A DNA stretch of 64,000 bases from Candidatus Terraquivivens tikiterensis (GTDB taxonomy: Archaea; Thermoproteota; Nitrososphaeria_A; Caldarchaeales; Wolframiiraptoraceae): NCBI GenBank assembly GCA_003056285.1, contig NDWU01000001.1, positions 37,236 to 101,235 on the forward strand. The letters run 5' to 3'. Shown in pieces: positions 37,946-47,613 of the stretch. How positions within the stretch are numbered: position 1 is the first letter of the stretch; every line of letters starts with the position of its first letter. Both the position numbers and the translations under genes were made by a program. The notes beneath the pieces are model-generated. The model saw only the letters and a list, made by a program, of their open reading frames with translations. It was not told where the DNA came from and made no database searches.

Positions 37946-38965
37946 ATGGCTGAGGACCGGTGCGGGGCTTTGCTCTACGTTAGGATACCAAGCAGGTCAG
38001 AAAAACTAGCCTCAGACGTCTGTGCAACCATAGAATCCTTCGACATGGAGTACAGGGCTCTAAAAAGCTTAGCCGACATCGAGTATTCGGAGAACGACAT
38101 CGCCCTCGTCGTAGGAACGGATAGCGACGTTCTAATGGCCTTCCATGAGCTTGGCTCTAAGCACGTTCCCATACTAGGCGTATGCGAGACGGAGACCAAG
38201 GGGTTTTTGACAGAAGTATCCATAAACGATCTCCCGAAGGCGCTTGAGAGCGTCCAAAAAAAGAGGTACTTCGTGGAGGAAAGCACGAGGCTCTCCGTCT
38301 CCGTTGACGGCAAAAGCGTCCCGCCAGCCGTGAACGAAGCTGCGATCTTCCCTTCGAGGAGCGCTACCATAATGGAGTACACGCTAACGGTAGACGAGGA
38401 GATCGTGTGGAGGGATTATAGCGATGGTGTGATAATCTCGACGCCGCTGGGCTCGAGCGCCTATGCGCTATCCGCCGGCGGACCCATGGTGGCGCACAAG
38501 GCGAGAGTGTTCGTGATAGTGCCCGTAAACTCCTTGGACGTGACGAGGAGGCCGTTGGTCGTACCGGACGACTCTAAGATCCTCATAAACGGCATACACT
38601 CTAGGGCGAGGTGCGAGGTCGTCATAGACGGTACGGTTAGGCTGAAGGTAGAGAGCAAGGTAGAGGTCAAGAGGCACGAGGTACCGGCGCGGCTTGTTAG
38701 GCTCCCGGGCAGCTCCTACGTCCTAGAGAAGATGGCGAAGAAGGTCCAGCTCGCCGAGGAATTGCTGAAGATACCGCCGAGCGCCAAGCTAATCCTGAAG
38801 ACGCTTGAGTACGAGGGGCCGCTTACGCATAGGGAGCTCGTGAGGAAGACCATGCTGCCCGACAGGACGATGAGGCAGGCCTTGGCGTTGCTTATAGGGA
38901 AGGGGATGGTGAAGAGGAAGCCGCTCCTCCGGGATGCAAGGCAGAAGCTCTACTACATAGCGTAG
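37946..38965 (+). CDS. NAD kinase homolog with a degenerate GGDG motif and a C-terminal winged-helix domain
   Basis: NAD-kinase C-terminal motif ..STPLGSSAYALSAGGPMV.. is intact. The expected GGDGT(L/M) motif reads VVGTDSDVLMA. The last ~80 aa (..LILKTLEYEGPLTHRELVRKTMLPDRTMRQALALLIGKGMVKRK..) look like a MarR/TrmB-type wHTH. Confidence 0.65.
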   Translation: MAEDRCGALLYVRIPSRSEKLASDVCATIESFDMEYRALKSLADIEYSENDIALVVGTDSDVLMAFHELGSKHVPILGVCETETKGFLTEVSINDLPKALESVQKKRYFVEESTRLSVSVDGKSVPPAVNEAAIFPSRSATIMEYTLTVDEEIVWRDYSDGVIISTPLGSSAYALSAGGPMVAHKARVFVIVPVNSLDVTRRPLVVPDDSKILINGIHSRARCEVVIDGTVRLKVESKVEVKRHEVPARLVRLPGSSYVLEKMAKKVQLAEELLKIPPSAKLILKTLEYEGPLTHRELVRKTMLPDRTMRQALALLIGKGMVKRKPLLRDARQKLYYIA

Positions 38966-38994
38966 CCATAACTGTTAAAGCTAAAGTTATTACG

Positions 38995-39438
38995 TTGGAT
39001 TGTATGCCGTTATTGGAGGTCTGGGCGATGGCGACGAGGGAGCAGCTCGCCAGGGCGGTCGCGGAGCTCCAGATAATAGAGCAGATAGTCAACGAGTTCC
39101 AGCTCAGGATAGCGACGCTCGATGCGGCGCTGAGGGAGCACGAGAACGCCATATCCATCATAGAGGAGATGAAGAGGTCTGGGGGCGGAATGGAGGTCTT
39201 GATACCCATAGGCGGCGGCAACTTCGTCCACGGCACCATAACCTCTACCGAGAAGATGGAGGTAAGCGTTGGAGCCGGCGTCGTGGTCACAAAGTCCCTA
39301 GAGGAGGGCCACCAGATAATACTGAAGAGGAAGGACGAGCTGGTACGCGTGAAGGAGGCATACCTACAAAGGCTGCAGGAACACCTCAATAGGGCCGCAG
39401 AGCTGAGAAGGTTGTTGGAGAGCGCGAGGACTGAGTAA
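38995..39438 (+). CDS. pfdA: Prefoldin alpha subunit
   Basis: Coiled-coil, beta-hairpin (..VLIPIGGGNFVHGTI..VSVGAGVVVTKSL..), coiled-coil layout. The start is probably the internal Met (MATREQL..). Confidence 0.75.
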   Translation: MDCMPLLEVWAMATREQLARAVAELQIIEQIVNEFQLRIATLDAALREHENAISIIEEMKRSGGGMEVLIPIGGGNFVHGTITSTEKMEVSVGAGVVVTKSLEEGHQIILKRKDELVRVKEAYLQRLQEHLNRAAELRRLLESARTE

Positions 39439-40355
39439 TGCTGGAGGGCATCAAGAAAGCTTTCGCAAGCCTTGCCGAAAGGATGAAGACGACGACGCTC
39501 TCGGAAAGCGAGATAGCGAAGAACGTAGAGAACTTCAAGCTCCAGCTGATTTCCAACGATGTGGCCGTGGAGGTTGCCGAGAGGCTGGCGGCAGATGTCG
39601 TGGAGCGTCTGAGGACGATAAAGGTTCCGAGGTTCTCCGAGCGGAGGGAAGCTATCGTACAGGTTTTGGAGGAAAGCCTAAGCTCGGTAATCTCGGAGGC
39701 CGACCCGGAGGTCTCCCTCGTAAAATTGGTTAGGTCTAACTACGCCTCTGGCAAGCCAACCGTCGTGCTCTTCGTAGGCCCTAACGGTGGCGGAAAGACG
39801 ACGAGCGTCGTAAAGGTGTCAAAATACTTGAAGTCTAAGGGCCTGAGCTCGATAATAGCTTGCAGCGACACCTATAGGGCCGGAGCTGTCGAGCAGCTGA
39901 GGGGTCTTGCTGAAAGCATAGGCGTGAGGGTTGTAAGCCATAAGTATGGAGGAGACCCTGCGGCCGTCGCTTTGGATGCCATAGAAGCCGCAAGGGCAGC
40001 GAGGGTCAGCACGGTCCTGATAGACACGGCTGGCAGGACGGAGGTTGACAAGAACCTCCTCGAGGAGATGAGGAAGATCAAGAGAGTTTCAAACCCGGAT
40101 ATTGTCATATACGTGGGAGACGCACTCGCGGGCAACGTCGTCGTCGAGCAGGTTAAGAGGTTTAACGAGTACGTCGGCATAGACTACATAATCTTAGCGA
40201 AGCTGGATGCAGATACGAAGGGAGGCTCCGCGATATCAGTCGGCTACATGACTGGAAAGCCGATACTCTTCGTAGGCACTGGGCAAGGGTTGGATGACCT
40301 TGAGCCCCTCGATAAAAAAAGGCTAATCAGCATGCTACTCGGTCGCGCATCTTAG
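39438..40355 (+). CDS. ftsY: Signal recognition particle receptor FtsY
   Basis: SRP GTPase NG domain: G1 GPNGGGKTT, G3 DTAGR, ..AKLD.. There is no M domain, hence FtsY rather than Srp54. Its start overlaps the pfdA stop. Confidence 0.85.
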   Translation: MLEGIKKAFASLAERMKTTTLSESEIAKNVENFKLQLISNDVAVEVAERLAADVVERLRTIKVPRFSERREAIVQVLEESLSSVISEADPEVSLVKLVRSNYASGKPTVVLFVGPNGGGKTTSVVKVSKYLKSKGLSSIIACSDTYRAGAVEQLRGLAESIGVRVVSHKYGGDPAAVALDAIEAARAARVSTVLIDTAGRTEVDKNLLEEMRKIKRVSNPDIVIYVGDALAGNVVVEQVKRFNEYVGIDYIILAKLDADTKGGSAISVGYMTGKPILFVGTGQGLDDLEPLDKKRLISMLLGRAS

Positions 40356-40400
40356 GGATAGCTTTAAACCCCTATATTCCGGGCAATCTTAGGCTTTAGC

Positions 40401-41060
40401 GTGCTGAGCGTTCACAGGCAGATAGGCAGGCTGGCCAAAGAGGGAGCTCCAGGCCCATCGCCATCCTTCACTACCCCCCACATACTCATGGCGCTCCTCC
40501 TCCTAGGGGATAAGGGTAGCTTGGGCAGGAAAAGGATCGCCGAGGAGCTTGGGCTGGGCGAGGGCGTCGTCAGGACTGTCATCGGCAGGCTTAAGAGGCA
40601 CTCCCTCGTAAAGGCAAGCCGCTCTGGTTGTAGCCTTACCGATAAGGGCAGGAAGCTCTACGAATCCCTGAGGAAGAGGATAGGCGAATTCGTTGAGCTT
40701 GCTGGAAACATGCCCTGGGGCTACCGCTACAGCATCGGCGTGAAGGTAAGGGGAATGGCCAGCCTCCTTAGGATGGGCTTGGAGGAAAGGGATGCCGCGG
40801 TAAGGGCGGGCGCGGATGCTGCCATGGCAATCGCGATGCAGGGAGGGCGTCTACTGATGCCGGGTGTTAGCGACCTGAGCGAGGAGCAACCGAGCTTCGC
40901 CTCTATGATCGTTTCAAAGTTTAAACCGTCGGATGGTGACGTCGTGCTCATAGCTGGTTCCAACGATAAAGTTAAGGCTTTGTACGGTGCGTTAGCCGCT
41001 GCCTACGAGCTTTTGGGAAGGGCTGGGCAAGCCTCTAAGACATCGGCAAGGCATCGCTGA
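40401..41060 (+). CDS. Putative wHTH transcriptional regulator with an uncharacterised C-terminal domain
   Basis: N-terminal winged-helix-like segment (..ILMALLLLGDKGSLGRKRIAEELGLGEGVVRTVIGRLKRHSLV..) followed by a ~120-aa Ala/Gly-rich domain. Confidence 0.4.
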   Translation: MLSVHRQIGRLAKEGAPGPSPSFTTPHILMALLLLGDKGSLGRKRIAEELGLGEGVVRTVIGRLKRHSLVKASRSGCSLTDKGRKLYESLRKRIGEFVELAGNMPWGYRYSIGVKVRGMASLLRMGLEERDAAVRAGADAAMAIAMQGGRLLMPGVSDLSEEQPSFASMIVSKFKPSDGDVVLIAGSNDKVKALYGALAAAYELLGRAGQASKTSARHR

Positions 41061-41175
41061 ATATCCCTAACGTAGCGCCTACCCTGAGCCGCGTACAGGC
41101 TTGCCGTGGATTCTCGCAGGCATGCCATTCAAAGCTCAGGATAGATCCGTGCCGGCCGTTAACGGCGCACCCGAC

Positions 41176-41287
41176 GAATAGGCCATACGCCCGATACCAT
41201 TTCGGCCGGAGGCTTATTCGGGCCTTTGGAAGTCCAGGCGTATACGAGCGAGCAGCTAAGGAGATTTAAAATTCCTGGCGACCCATC
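41176..41287 (+). repeat. Family B repeated element, copy 2, carrying a BRE/TATA-like box
   Basis: GAATAGGCC..GGCCGGAGGCTTATTCGGG (41204-41222). 42 nt downstream lies TCCAGGCGTATACGAGCGAGC..GAGATTTAAAATTC (TATA-like 41265-41272) ..GGCGACCCATCC. It lies about 95 bp upstream of the adh start. Confidence 0.6.
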
Positions 41288-41382
41288 CAACGCCTAAATG
41301 ATGCGGCTTTCTCGCGGGCAGTACGATAAGGTTCGCTATAAGCGCGTTATAATGGTCAACATATATACGACCCTGTCAAAGG

Positions 41383-42414
41383 ATGGCTCGAGAACGCTTG
41401 AGGGCAGTTTTTCTAAAAAAATTTAGGGAGCCGCCGGAGCTCACGGACCTGGAGCCAGACCGCTCCCTCGGTCCAGGCGAGGTACTGATAGAGGTCGAGA
41501 TGTCCGGACTCTGCTACAGGGATCTTCTAACGGTCGAGGGGTACTTTCCGAGGACGAGGCTTCCGATAATCTTGGGCCACGAGATGGCCGGCAAGGTCAT
41601 CGCCGTGGGCGAGGGCGTCACGGAATTCGAGCCAGGCGACAGAGTTGCGTCCCTGACGTACATACCATGCGGCAAGTGCAGATACTGCGAATCGGGGAAT
41701 GAACACATATGTAGGCGGAGGCTGACCTTCGGCGAGGATATCAACGGCTCGTTCGCCCAGATTGTGAAGGTTCACGAGAGGAGCCTGGTAAAGGTGCCCA
41801 ACAACGTCACGCCCGAGGGCGCTGCGATGGCTGCGTGCGTAACGGGTATGCTTTTGCGCGCCTTCAAACACGTCGCGAGGGTTAGGCAGGGCGAATCCGT
41901 GCTGGTAACGGGCGCCGGAGGCGGTGTAGGAATCCATGCGGTCCAGGTAGCTAAGGCCCTCGGCTGCAGGGTACTGGCAGCGACCAGCTCAAGGGAGAAG
42001 GTCGAGAGGATATCTGAGGCAGGAGCGGATGAGGTTGTTCTCTCCGACGACGCGCTGGTCGAAAACGTAAAGCGGCTTACTGGGGGCGATGGTGTGGATG
42101 TGGTGCTGGAGGCCGTTGGCCAGCCTACCTTCAACAAGAGCTTAAGGTGCTTGGCATGGGGCGGTAGGATGGTCGTGGTGGGCAACGTAACCGTGTCGTC
42201 CGTCGAGGTTCCGCTAGGGCTGATAATCTTAAGGGCGAACTCGATAGCCGGCACGATAGCCGCTACCAAGAAGGATTTGGAAGAGGCGCTAAGGCTAACG
42301 GCAGAAGGAAGGGTAAAGCCCATAGGGACTGTCTATCCGCTCGAGAAGGTTCATGAGGCGATGGAAAGGATGCGTAGGAAGGAATCAGTCGGCAGGATAT
42401 TCTTGAGGCCCTGA
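41383..42414 (+). CDS. adh: Zinc-dependent alcohol dehydrogenase (MDR superfamily)
   Basis: Zn-ADH signature GHEMAGKVIAVGEGV, structural-Zn cysteines (..CGKCRYCESGNEHIC..), and NAD-binding GAGGGVG. Confidence 0.8.
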   Translation: MARERLRAVFLKKFREPPELTDLEPDRSLGPGEVLIEVEMSGLCYRDLLTVEGYFPRTRLPIILGHEMAGKVIAVGEGVTEFEPGDRVASLTYIPCGKCRYCESGNEHICRRRLTFGEDINGSFAQIVKVHERSLVKVPNNVTPEGAAMAACVTGMLLRAFKHVARVRQGESVLVTGAGGGVGIHAVQVAKALGCRVLAATSSREKVERISEAGADEVVLSDDALVENVKRLTGGDGVDVVLEAVGQPTFNKSLRCLAWGGRMVVVGNVTVSSVEVPLGLIILRANSIAGTIAATKKDLEEALRLTAEGRVKPIGTVYPLEKVHEAMERMRRKESVGRIFLRP

Positions 42415-42445
42415 TCTGAAACGCTTAAATTTTAAATTAGACGGT

Positions 42446-42733
42446 GTGCGGTACGTGCCTATGGAAGAGAAGATACTGGACTCCATAGAGGAGTTTAACA
42501 AGTACAGGGCACCCGAGGCAAAGGCTAACCTGATCTGTTTTGACGGCTTAGTGATCCGGGTAGAGTTCAGAGGGCCGTTCTGTGCATCCTGCGGCTTCTA
42601 TGACTACTTTGACGACCTGAGAATAATCTTCGAGGATATGGGGCTGAAGACGGAGATAGCAAGAATCGAGGAGACGGAAGATGGTGCCGTTGTAGATTTT
42701 AAGTTGGAGAATAGGCCGGAAGAAATTTATTAA
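42446..42733 (+). CDS. Hypothetical small protein with a CxxC pair, 95 aa
   Basis: Compact ORF immediately upstream of larC. Contains ..CASCG.. Confidence 0.3.
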   Translation: MRYVPMEEKILDSIEEFNKYRAPEAKANLICFDGLVIRVEFRGPFCASCGFYDYFDDLRIIFEDMGLKTEIARIEETEDGAVVDFKLENRPEEIY

Positions 42734-42747
42734 CGAGCGATGGCTCG

Positions 42748-42933
42748 GTGTTGTGGATGGTAAAGACCGTAACGCTCGGGCGAGAAGGTAAGGGCGGAAC
42801 GTACTATATGTGCGAGGAGTGTGGTCTTGTTTATTCTGAGCTTAGAATCGCGGAGCGTTGCGAGGAATGGTGCAGAAACCATAAATCCTGCAACCTAGAG
42901 ATAACAAGAAATGCGGTAAGGTTCGAGGATTGA
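42748..42933 (+). CDS. Hypothetical zinc-ribbon protein, 61 aa
   Basis: C-x2-C ... C-x3-C-x5-C pattern (..YMCEECG..ERCEEWCRNHKSC..). Its stop overlaps the larC start. Confidence 0.35.
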   Translation: MLWMVKTVTLGREGKGGTYYMCEECGLVYSELRIAERCEEWCRNHKSCNLEITRNAVRFED

Positions 42934-44162
42934 GCGCCTCGAAGCTCATGATCGTTGACTGCTCAGCTTCTGGGGTCTCCGGCGATATGCTCCTAGCCGC
43001 CTTGCTGGATGCCGGTGCAGACGAGGAAGCCATCAAGCGGGCCGTGGAGAGTGTTCCCAACTTCCTAGGGGGCTGTAAAAGCGTGGCGTTCAGGTCTGAG
43101 GAAACGTTCGCCCCTGGGATTAGGGCTAGGAGGGTTAAGGTAGAGGCTGAGGACTGTGTAAGCTCGAGGTCAGCAAAGGAGTTACTCGAGGCGGTTAAGG
43201 GCTGCGTATACAGCCTAGATATCTCTAAGGATGCCGCCGCCGTAGCAATCGGGGCCGTAGAGCTTCTGGCAAGGGCTGAGGCCAATGTCCATGGTGAGCC
43301 GGTAGAATCCGTGCACCTCGAGGAGCTAGGGATGGCGGACACCGTGGCGGACATCGTGGGCGTGGCGGCGGCCTTAAGTTCTCTCGGCCTATGCAGGGAA
43401 AGGATAGCGACGACTGGCGTGGCAGTAGGCGGCGGAACCCTGAAACTATCCCATGGGATTTTCCCGGCGCCAGCACCCGTCACGCTAGAGCTCCTCAGGG
43501 TCTCCGGGATCCCCTTCGAGGGCGGCCCCGTCGAGGGCGAGATAGCTACGCCTACGGGCGTGGCGCTCCTGGCATCTATGGCAAGCAGGATACTCCAGTT
43601 CTACCCACCGATGACCGTGGAGAGGATAGGCTACGGAGCTGGCTCGATGCTGCACGGCGGAAGCCCATCCGTTTTGCGCGTGCTCATCGGCCAAGAGCAT
43701 GGGGCTCGCGGAAGCGTGGAGGAGATAACAGTGCTAGAGACAAACGTCGACGACGTTTCTGGTGAAAGGCTCTCATACGCCGCTGAGAGTCTGCTGTCCA
43801 GGGGCGCTTTGGACGTAAGCATCGTCCCAGCAATCGGCAAGAAAGGCAGACCGGCCAGCATGGTTAGGGTTCTCGCCAAGAGGGGCCACGAGGCGGAGCT
43901 TGCGCACGCTTTAATGAGGGAGCTCGGAACGCTTGGCGTTAGGCTCTACGAAGTCAGGAGGCTTGTGGCTCCGAGAGAAGAATCCTTGGTTGAGGTACGC
44001 GTGGCTGGCAGGACTTTTAAGGTTAGGGTTAAGAGGTCGTTCCTTCCTAACGGTGAGCCCTTAGCTTCGAAGCCGGAGTTCGGGGACCTGATGATGATAG
44101 CGCGGGAGACAGGCTTGCCCGTAAGGGAAGTGGAGGAGGCCGTAAAGAGGCAGCTGAGCTAG
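42930..44162 (+). CDS. larC: LarC family nickel-insertion protein (DUF111)
   Basis: DUF111 N-terminal motif ..DCSASGVSGDMLLAALLDAG.. and about 400-aa length. Confidence 0.75.
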   Translation: MSASKLMIVDCSASGVSGDMLLAALLDAGADEEAIKRAVESVPNFLGGCKSVAFRSEETFAPGIRARRVKVEAEDCVSSRSAKELLEAVKGCVYSLDISKDAAAVAIGAVELLARAEANVHGEPVESVHLEELGMADTVADIVGVAAALSSLGLCRERIATTGVAVGGGTLKLSHGIFPAPAPVTLELLRVSGIPFEGGPVEGEIATPTGVALLASMASRILQFYPPMTVERIGYGAGSMLHGGSPSVLRVLIGQEHGARGSVEEITVLETNVDDVSGERLSYAAESLLSRGALDVSIVPAIGKKGRPASMVRVLAKRGHEAELAHALMRELGTLGVRLYEVRRLVAPREESLVEVRVAGRTFKVRVKRSFLPNGEPLASKPEFGDLMMIARETGLPVREVEEAVKRQLS

Positions 44163-44206
44163 CTCCATGCTGCAAGCTTGGACAATGGGCGCGGAGCATA
44201 TGGCCT

Positions 44207-44542
44207 CTAGTAGAACATCTGCACGTGCATTATGCCGCCGACCCTTGATGCAGACCCTTCGCGGATGAGTCCCTTATTCATGAGCATGCCGACTATCCTG
44301 TCACCAAGAAGGTTTACTATCGTAGCCTGCTCTATATAGCGGATGACGTTCTCGCCCTCTACCAGAACGCCGCCGTAGAATGAGTTGTCTACCTTTATCT
44401 CGAGGCCATTATCCGTGACTATTCTCTTTCCTAAAAGCTCCTCGTCGCAGACTGCCACGACTACCTCGCCGGTCCTAGAATGGTGCATCTTGACCCAGAA
44501 CCTTCCCCATCCGCTCATCGGGTTCCGCTGTATTGTATGCAT
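44207..44542 (-). CDS. DUF424-like hypothetical protein
   Basis: The ..VVVAVCDEELLGK.. pattern resembles archaeal DUF424 proteins. The start is probably the internal Met (MHHSRTGE..). Confidence 0.45.
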   Translation of the reverse strand: MHTIQRNPMSGWGRFWVKMHHSRTGEVVVAVCDEELLGKRIVTDNGLEIKVDNSFYGGVLVEGENVIRYIEQATIVNLLGDRIVGMLMNKGLIREGSASRVGGIMHVQMFY

Positions 44543-44676
44543 GCATGGTTTTTAAACTTTGGCCCGCCCGCTCCCATGCGTCCTACGCCAAGGGCTCGGC
44601 CATATTTTCATAAAAATTTACTTTACAAAAAATTAATGTTTATACCGTTTCCGTATGGATGGCACGGTGAGAAAAG

Positions 44677-45810
44677 TTGAAGCTATACGAATACGAGGCG
44701 AAGCAGCTCCTCTCCTCGTACGGCATACCCGTGCCGGAGTTTGGTTTAGCCAAGACGCCGGAAGAGGCAAGGGAGATCGCCAGTAGGTTGGGCGGTAAGG
44801 TAGTCCTGAAGGCGCAGGTACTAGTCGCGGGAAGGGGAAAGGCTGGGGGCATAAAGTTCGCTGAAAGTCCGCAGGAAGCGTACGAGGTTGCTAAGGGTCT
44901 GCTTGGTATGGAGATAAAGGGCGAAAAGGTTAACTCTCTACTCGTGAGCAAGGCCGTGGACATACAGAGGGAGCTCTACCTTAGCATCGTGGTGGATAGG
45001 TCTGTCGGTGCGGCCTCGATACTTGCGTCCCCAGAAGGAGGCATAGACATCGAGGAGCTCGCGGCCAAATATCCGGAGAAGATCGTGAAGGTTTACGTGG
45101 ACCCTCTGGTAGGTCTGAAGGCCCATCACGTTAGGAGGGTAGTCGGGTCGATGGCTCTATCCGAAGAGCAGAAAAAGGCGCTCCATGACATTACCCTGAA
45201 CCTCTACAGGATGTTCGTGGAGCTCGACTGTGAGCTCGCGGAGATAAACCCGCTGGCTGTGGATAGGGACGGCAACCTCGTACCCGTGGATGCGAAGGTC
45301 ATAATAGACGACAACGCCCTATTCAGGAGGAAGGAGTTCGCAGAGCGTGCATCCGCAGAGCTGAGCGAGTTCGAGGCAGAGGCGAAGAAGCACGGTTTCA
45401 GCTACGTCGAGCTCGACGGCGACATAGGCATAATCGGGAACGGAGCAGGCCTGACGATGGCCACGATGGACGTCGTTAAGCTTTACGGTGGAAGGCCTGC
45501 AAACTTCTTGGACATAGGCGGCGGTGCTAGGGCCGACATAGTGGAGAAGGCAGCATCCCTGCTCCTGATGCACCCGAAGGTGAAGGTCCTGTTCGTCAAC
45601 GTCCTTGGCGGTATAACGAGGTGCGACGAGGTCGCCAAGGGCCTCGTGAACGCCCTGACGACCTATGGTAAGGGTAAAAGGTTGGTCGTTAGGCTCATGG
45701 GAACAAACGAGGATGAGGGGAAGAGGATACTAAACGGCGCGGGCATATCAGCATTCGACTCAATGGAGGATGCTGCCAAGATGGCCGTCGAGCTTGCGAG
45801 GGTGATGTAG
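44677..45810 (+). CDS. sucC: Succinyl-CoA synthetase beta subunit
   Basis: ATP-grasp N-terminus [18 protein letters not shown].. and ligase CoA domain. Confidence 0.9.
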   Translation: MKLYEYEAKQLLSSYGIPVPEFGLAKTPEEAREIASRLGGKVVLKAQVLVAGRGKAGGIKFAESPQEAYEVAKGLLGMEIKGEKVNSLLVSKAVDIQRELYLSIVVDRSVGAASILASPEGGIDIEELAAKYPEKIVKVYVDPLVGLKAHHVRRVVGSMALSEEQKKALHDITLNLYRMFVELDCELAEINPLAVDRDGNLVPVDAKVIIDDNALFRRKEFAERASAELSEFEAEAKKHGFSYVELDGDIGIIGNGAGLTMATMDVVKLYGGRPANFLDIGGGARADIVEKAASLLLMHPKVKVLFVNVLGGITRCDEVAKGLVNALTTYGKGKRLVVRLMGTNEDEGKRILNGAGISAFDSMEDAAKMAVELARVM

Positions 45811-45812
45811 GT

Positions 45813-46694
45813 ATGGCAGTGTTGGTGGACAAGAACACGTACGTCCTCGTCCAGGGCATAACGGGAAGGGAGGGCAGCTTCCACACGAAGGCCATGCTGG
45901 AGTACGGTACGAAGGTGCTGGCCGGCGTCACCCCTGGGAAGGGTGGCCAGAGCGTCCATGGCGTCCCGGTCTACGACTCAGTCTACGAGGCCGTGAGCAG
46001 GCATCCTGAGCTCAACACCTCGATCATATTCGTACCGTCTGCTTACGCCTCGGATGCCGTCTACGAGGCCATAGATGCCGGAATGGAGGTTGTGGTGCTC
46101 ATAACCGAGCACATACCTGTCCACGACTCCATGAAGTTCATAAGGTACGCGAGGCTAAGGGGCGTCCGCATAGTGGGCCCCAACTGCCCAGGCGTTATAT
46201 CTCCTGGAGAGTCAAAGGTTGGCATAATGCCCGGCCACGTCTTCTCCAAGGGGAAGGTAGGTATAGTGTCGAGGAGCGGTACGCTGACGTACGAGGTCGC
46301 CCACGCCATAACAAAAGCGGGGCTGGGCCAGTCTACGGCGGTCGGTATAGGCGGCGACCCGATCACTGGCATGAGCATGATCGACATGCTAGAGATGTTC
46401 AGGGAGGACGAGGAAACAGAGGCAGTCGTGCTCATAGGCGAGATAGGCGGTGACATGGAAGAAAGGGCTGCCGAGTACATAAAGAGGTGTAACTACGAGA
46501 AGCCTGTCGTGGCATTCGTCGCTGGCAGGACCGCACCGCCAGGAAAGAGGATGGGACACGCTGGTGCCATAATCTCCATGGGAGCCGGCGACGCCGAGGG
46601 GAAGATAAGGGCATTCGAGGCAAGCGGCGTAAGGGTTGCCTCGACGCCGGCTGAGGTCGTAAAGCTGCTGAAGGACGCTCTTAGGAGCGGATAG
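45813..46694 (+). CDS. sucD: Succinyl-CoA synthetase alpha subunit
   Basis: CoA-binding start ..[14 protein letters not shown].. and phosphohistidine loop ..GHAGAI.. Confidence 0.9.
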   Translation: MAVLVDKNTYVLVQGITGREGSFHTKAMLEYGTKVLAGVTPGKGGQSVHGVPVYDSVYEAVSRHPELNTSIIFVPSAYASDAVYEAIDAGMEVVVLITEHIPVHDSMKFIRYARLRGVRIVGPNCPGVISPGESKVGIMPGHVFSKGKVGIVSRSGTLTYEVAHAITKAGLGQSTAVGIGGDPITGMSMIDMLEMFREDEETEAVVLIGEIGGDMEERAAEYIKRCNYEKPVVAFVAGRTAPPGKRMGHAGAIISMGAGDAEGKIRAFEASGVRVASTPAEVVKLLKDALRSG

Positions 46695-46812
46695 GGATCG
46701 TCTGCGGTTTTCAGGGATGCCCTCGTTACGGAGGAAATCCTCAGCGTGCAGCCCTCGTTGCCTTCTTGGGCTGAGCGGATAGTTAAATATACGACTGGCC
46801 AAACGTTACTGG

Positions 46813-47613
46813 ATGAGCAGGCCGTTCGACGAAAGGGAGCTTATGAGGCTCGTCCAGAGGGCATCGGAGATATTCGAGGGCGAGCCCCAGGTTTTAGACG
46901 TGGAGGGCGAATGCGTCGTGGTCGGCGACGTACACGGCGACAAGGAATCCGTCGTAAAAGCGCTGGGTTTGCTCAATCAGACAAAAACCCTAATCTTTTT
47001 GGGAGATTACGTCGATAGGGGCCCCCATCAGCTTGAGGGTATATGCGCGCTGCTGAGCGCGAAGGTAGAGAATCCATCCAAACTAATCCTGCTAAGGGGA
47101 AACCATGAGACGAGGAGCGTTAACCTCTACTATGGGTTCTACGACGTCGTGCTTAGCAGGTACTCGCAAGCCCTCTACGAGCTCTTTGCCCAGGCCTTCT
47201 CCAACATGCCCGTTTGCGCGCTACTGGATGGAGAAGTCCTCTGCGTCCACGGAGGCATAGCGGAGGGCCTTGAGAGTTTGGATCAGCTGAGGGCGCTTCC
47301 CAAGGGCGATGACGACCCCATGGACCCTATATACGTCCAGGTACTGTGGAACGACCCGGACGAGGGCGTCGAGACGTTCGCTCAAAGCTACAGAGGCCCT
47401 GGAATAAAGCTTTTCGGTACTTCCGTCCTCGAGGGCTTTCTGAGGAAGAATGGTCTAAGGATGCTGATAAGGGCGCACGAGCCCCAGCCAGACGGCTTCA
47501 GGTTCATGTTCGGGAAAAGGTTGCTATCGCTCTTCTCTTGTAGGCACTACGGGATAAGACCCGCAGCTGCCCTTCTGAGAGGGGGCGAGGTTAAGATACT
47601 CAGCCTCGAGTAG
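46813..47613 (+). CDS. PPP-family serine/threonine protein phosphatase, PP1-like metallophosphoesterase
   Basis: Motifs GDVHGD, GDYVDRG, LRGNHE. Confidence 0.85.
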   Translation: MSRPFDERELMRLVQRASEIFEGEPQVLDVEGECVVVGDVHGDKESVVKALGLLNQTKTLIFLGDYVDRGPHQLEGICALLSAKVENPSKLILLRGNHETRSVNLYYGFYDVVLSRYSQALYELFAQAFSNMPVCALLDGEVLCVHGGIAEGLESLDQLRALPKGDDDPMDPIYVQVLWNDPDEGVETFAQSYRGPGIKLFGTSVLEGFLRKNGLRMLIRAHEPQPDGFRFMFGKRLLSLFSCRHYGIRPAAALLRGGEVKILSLE

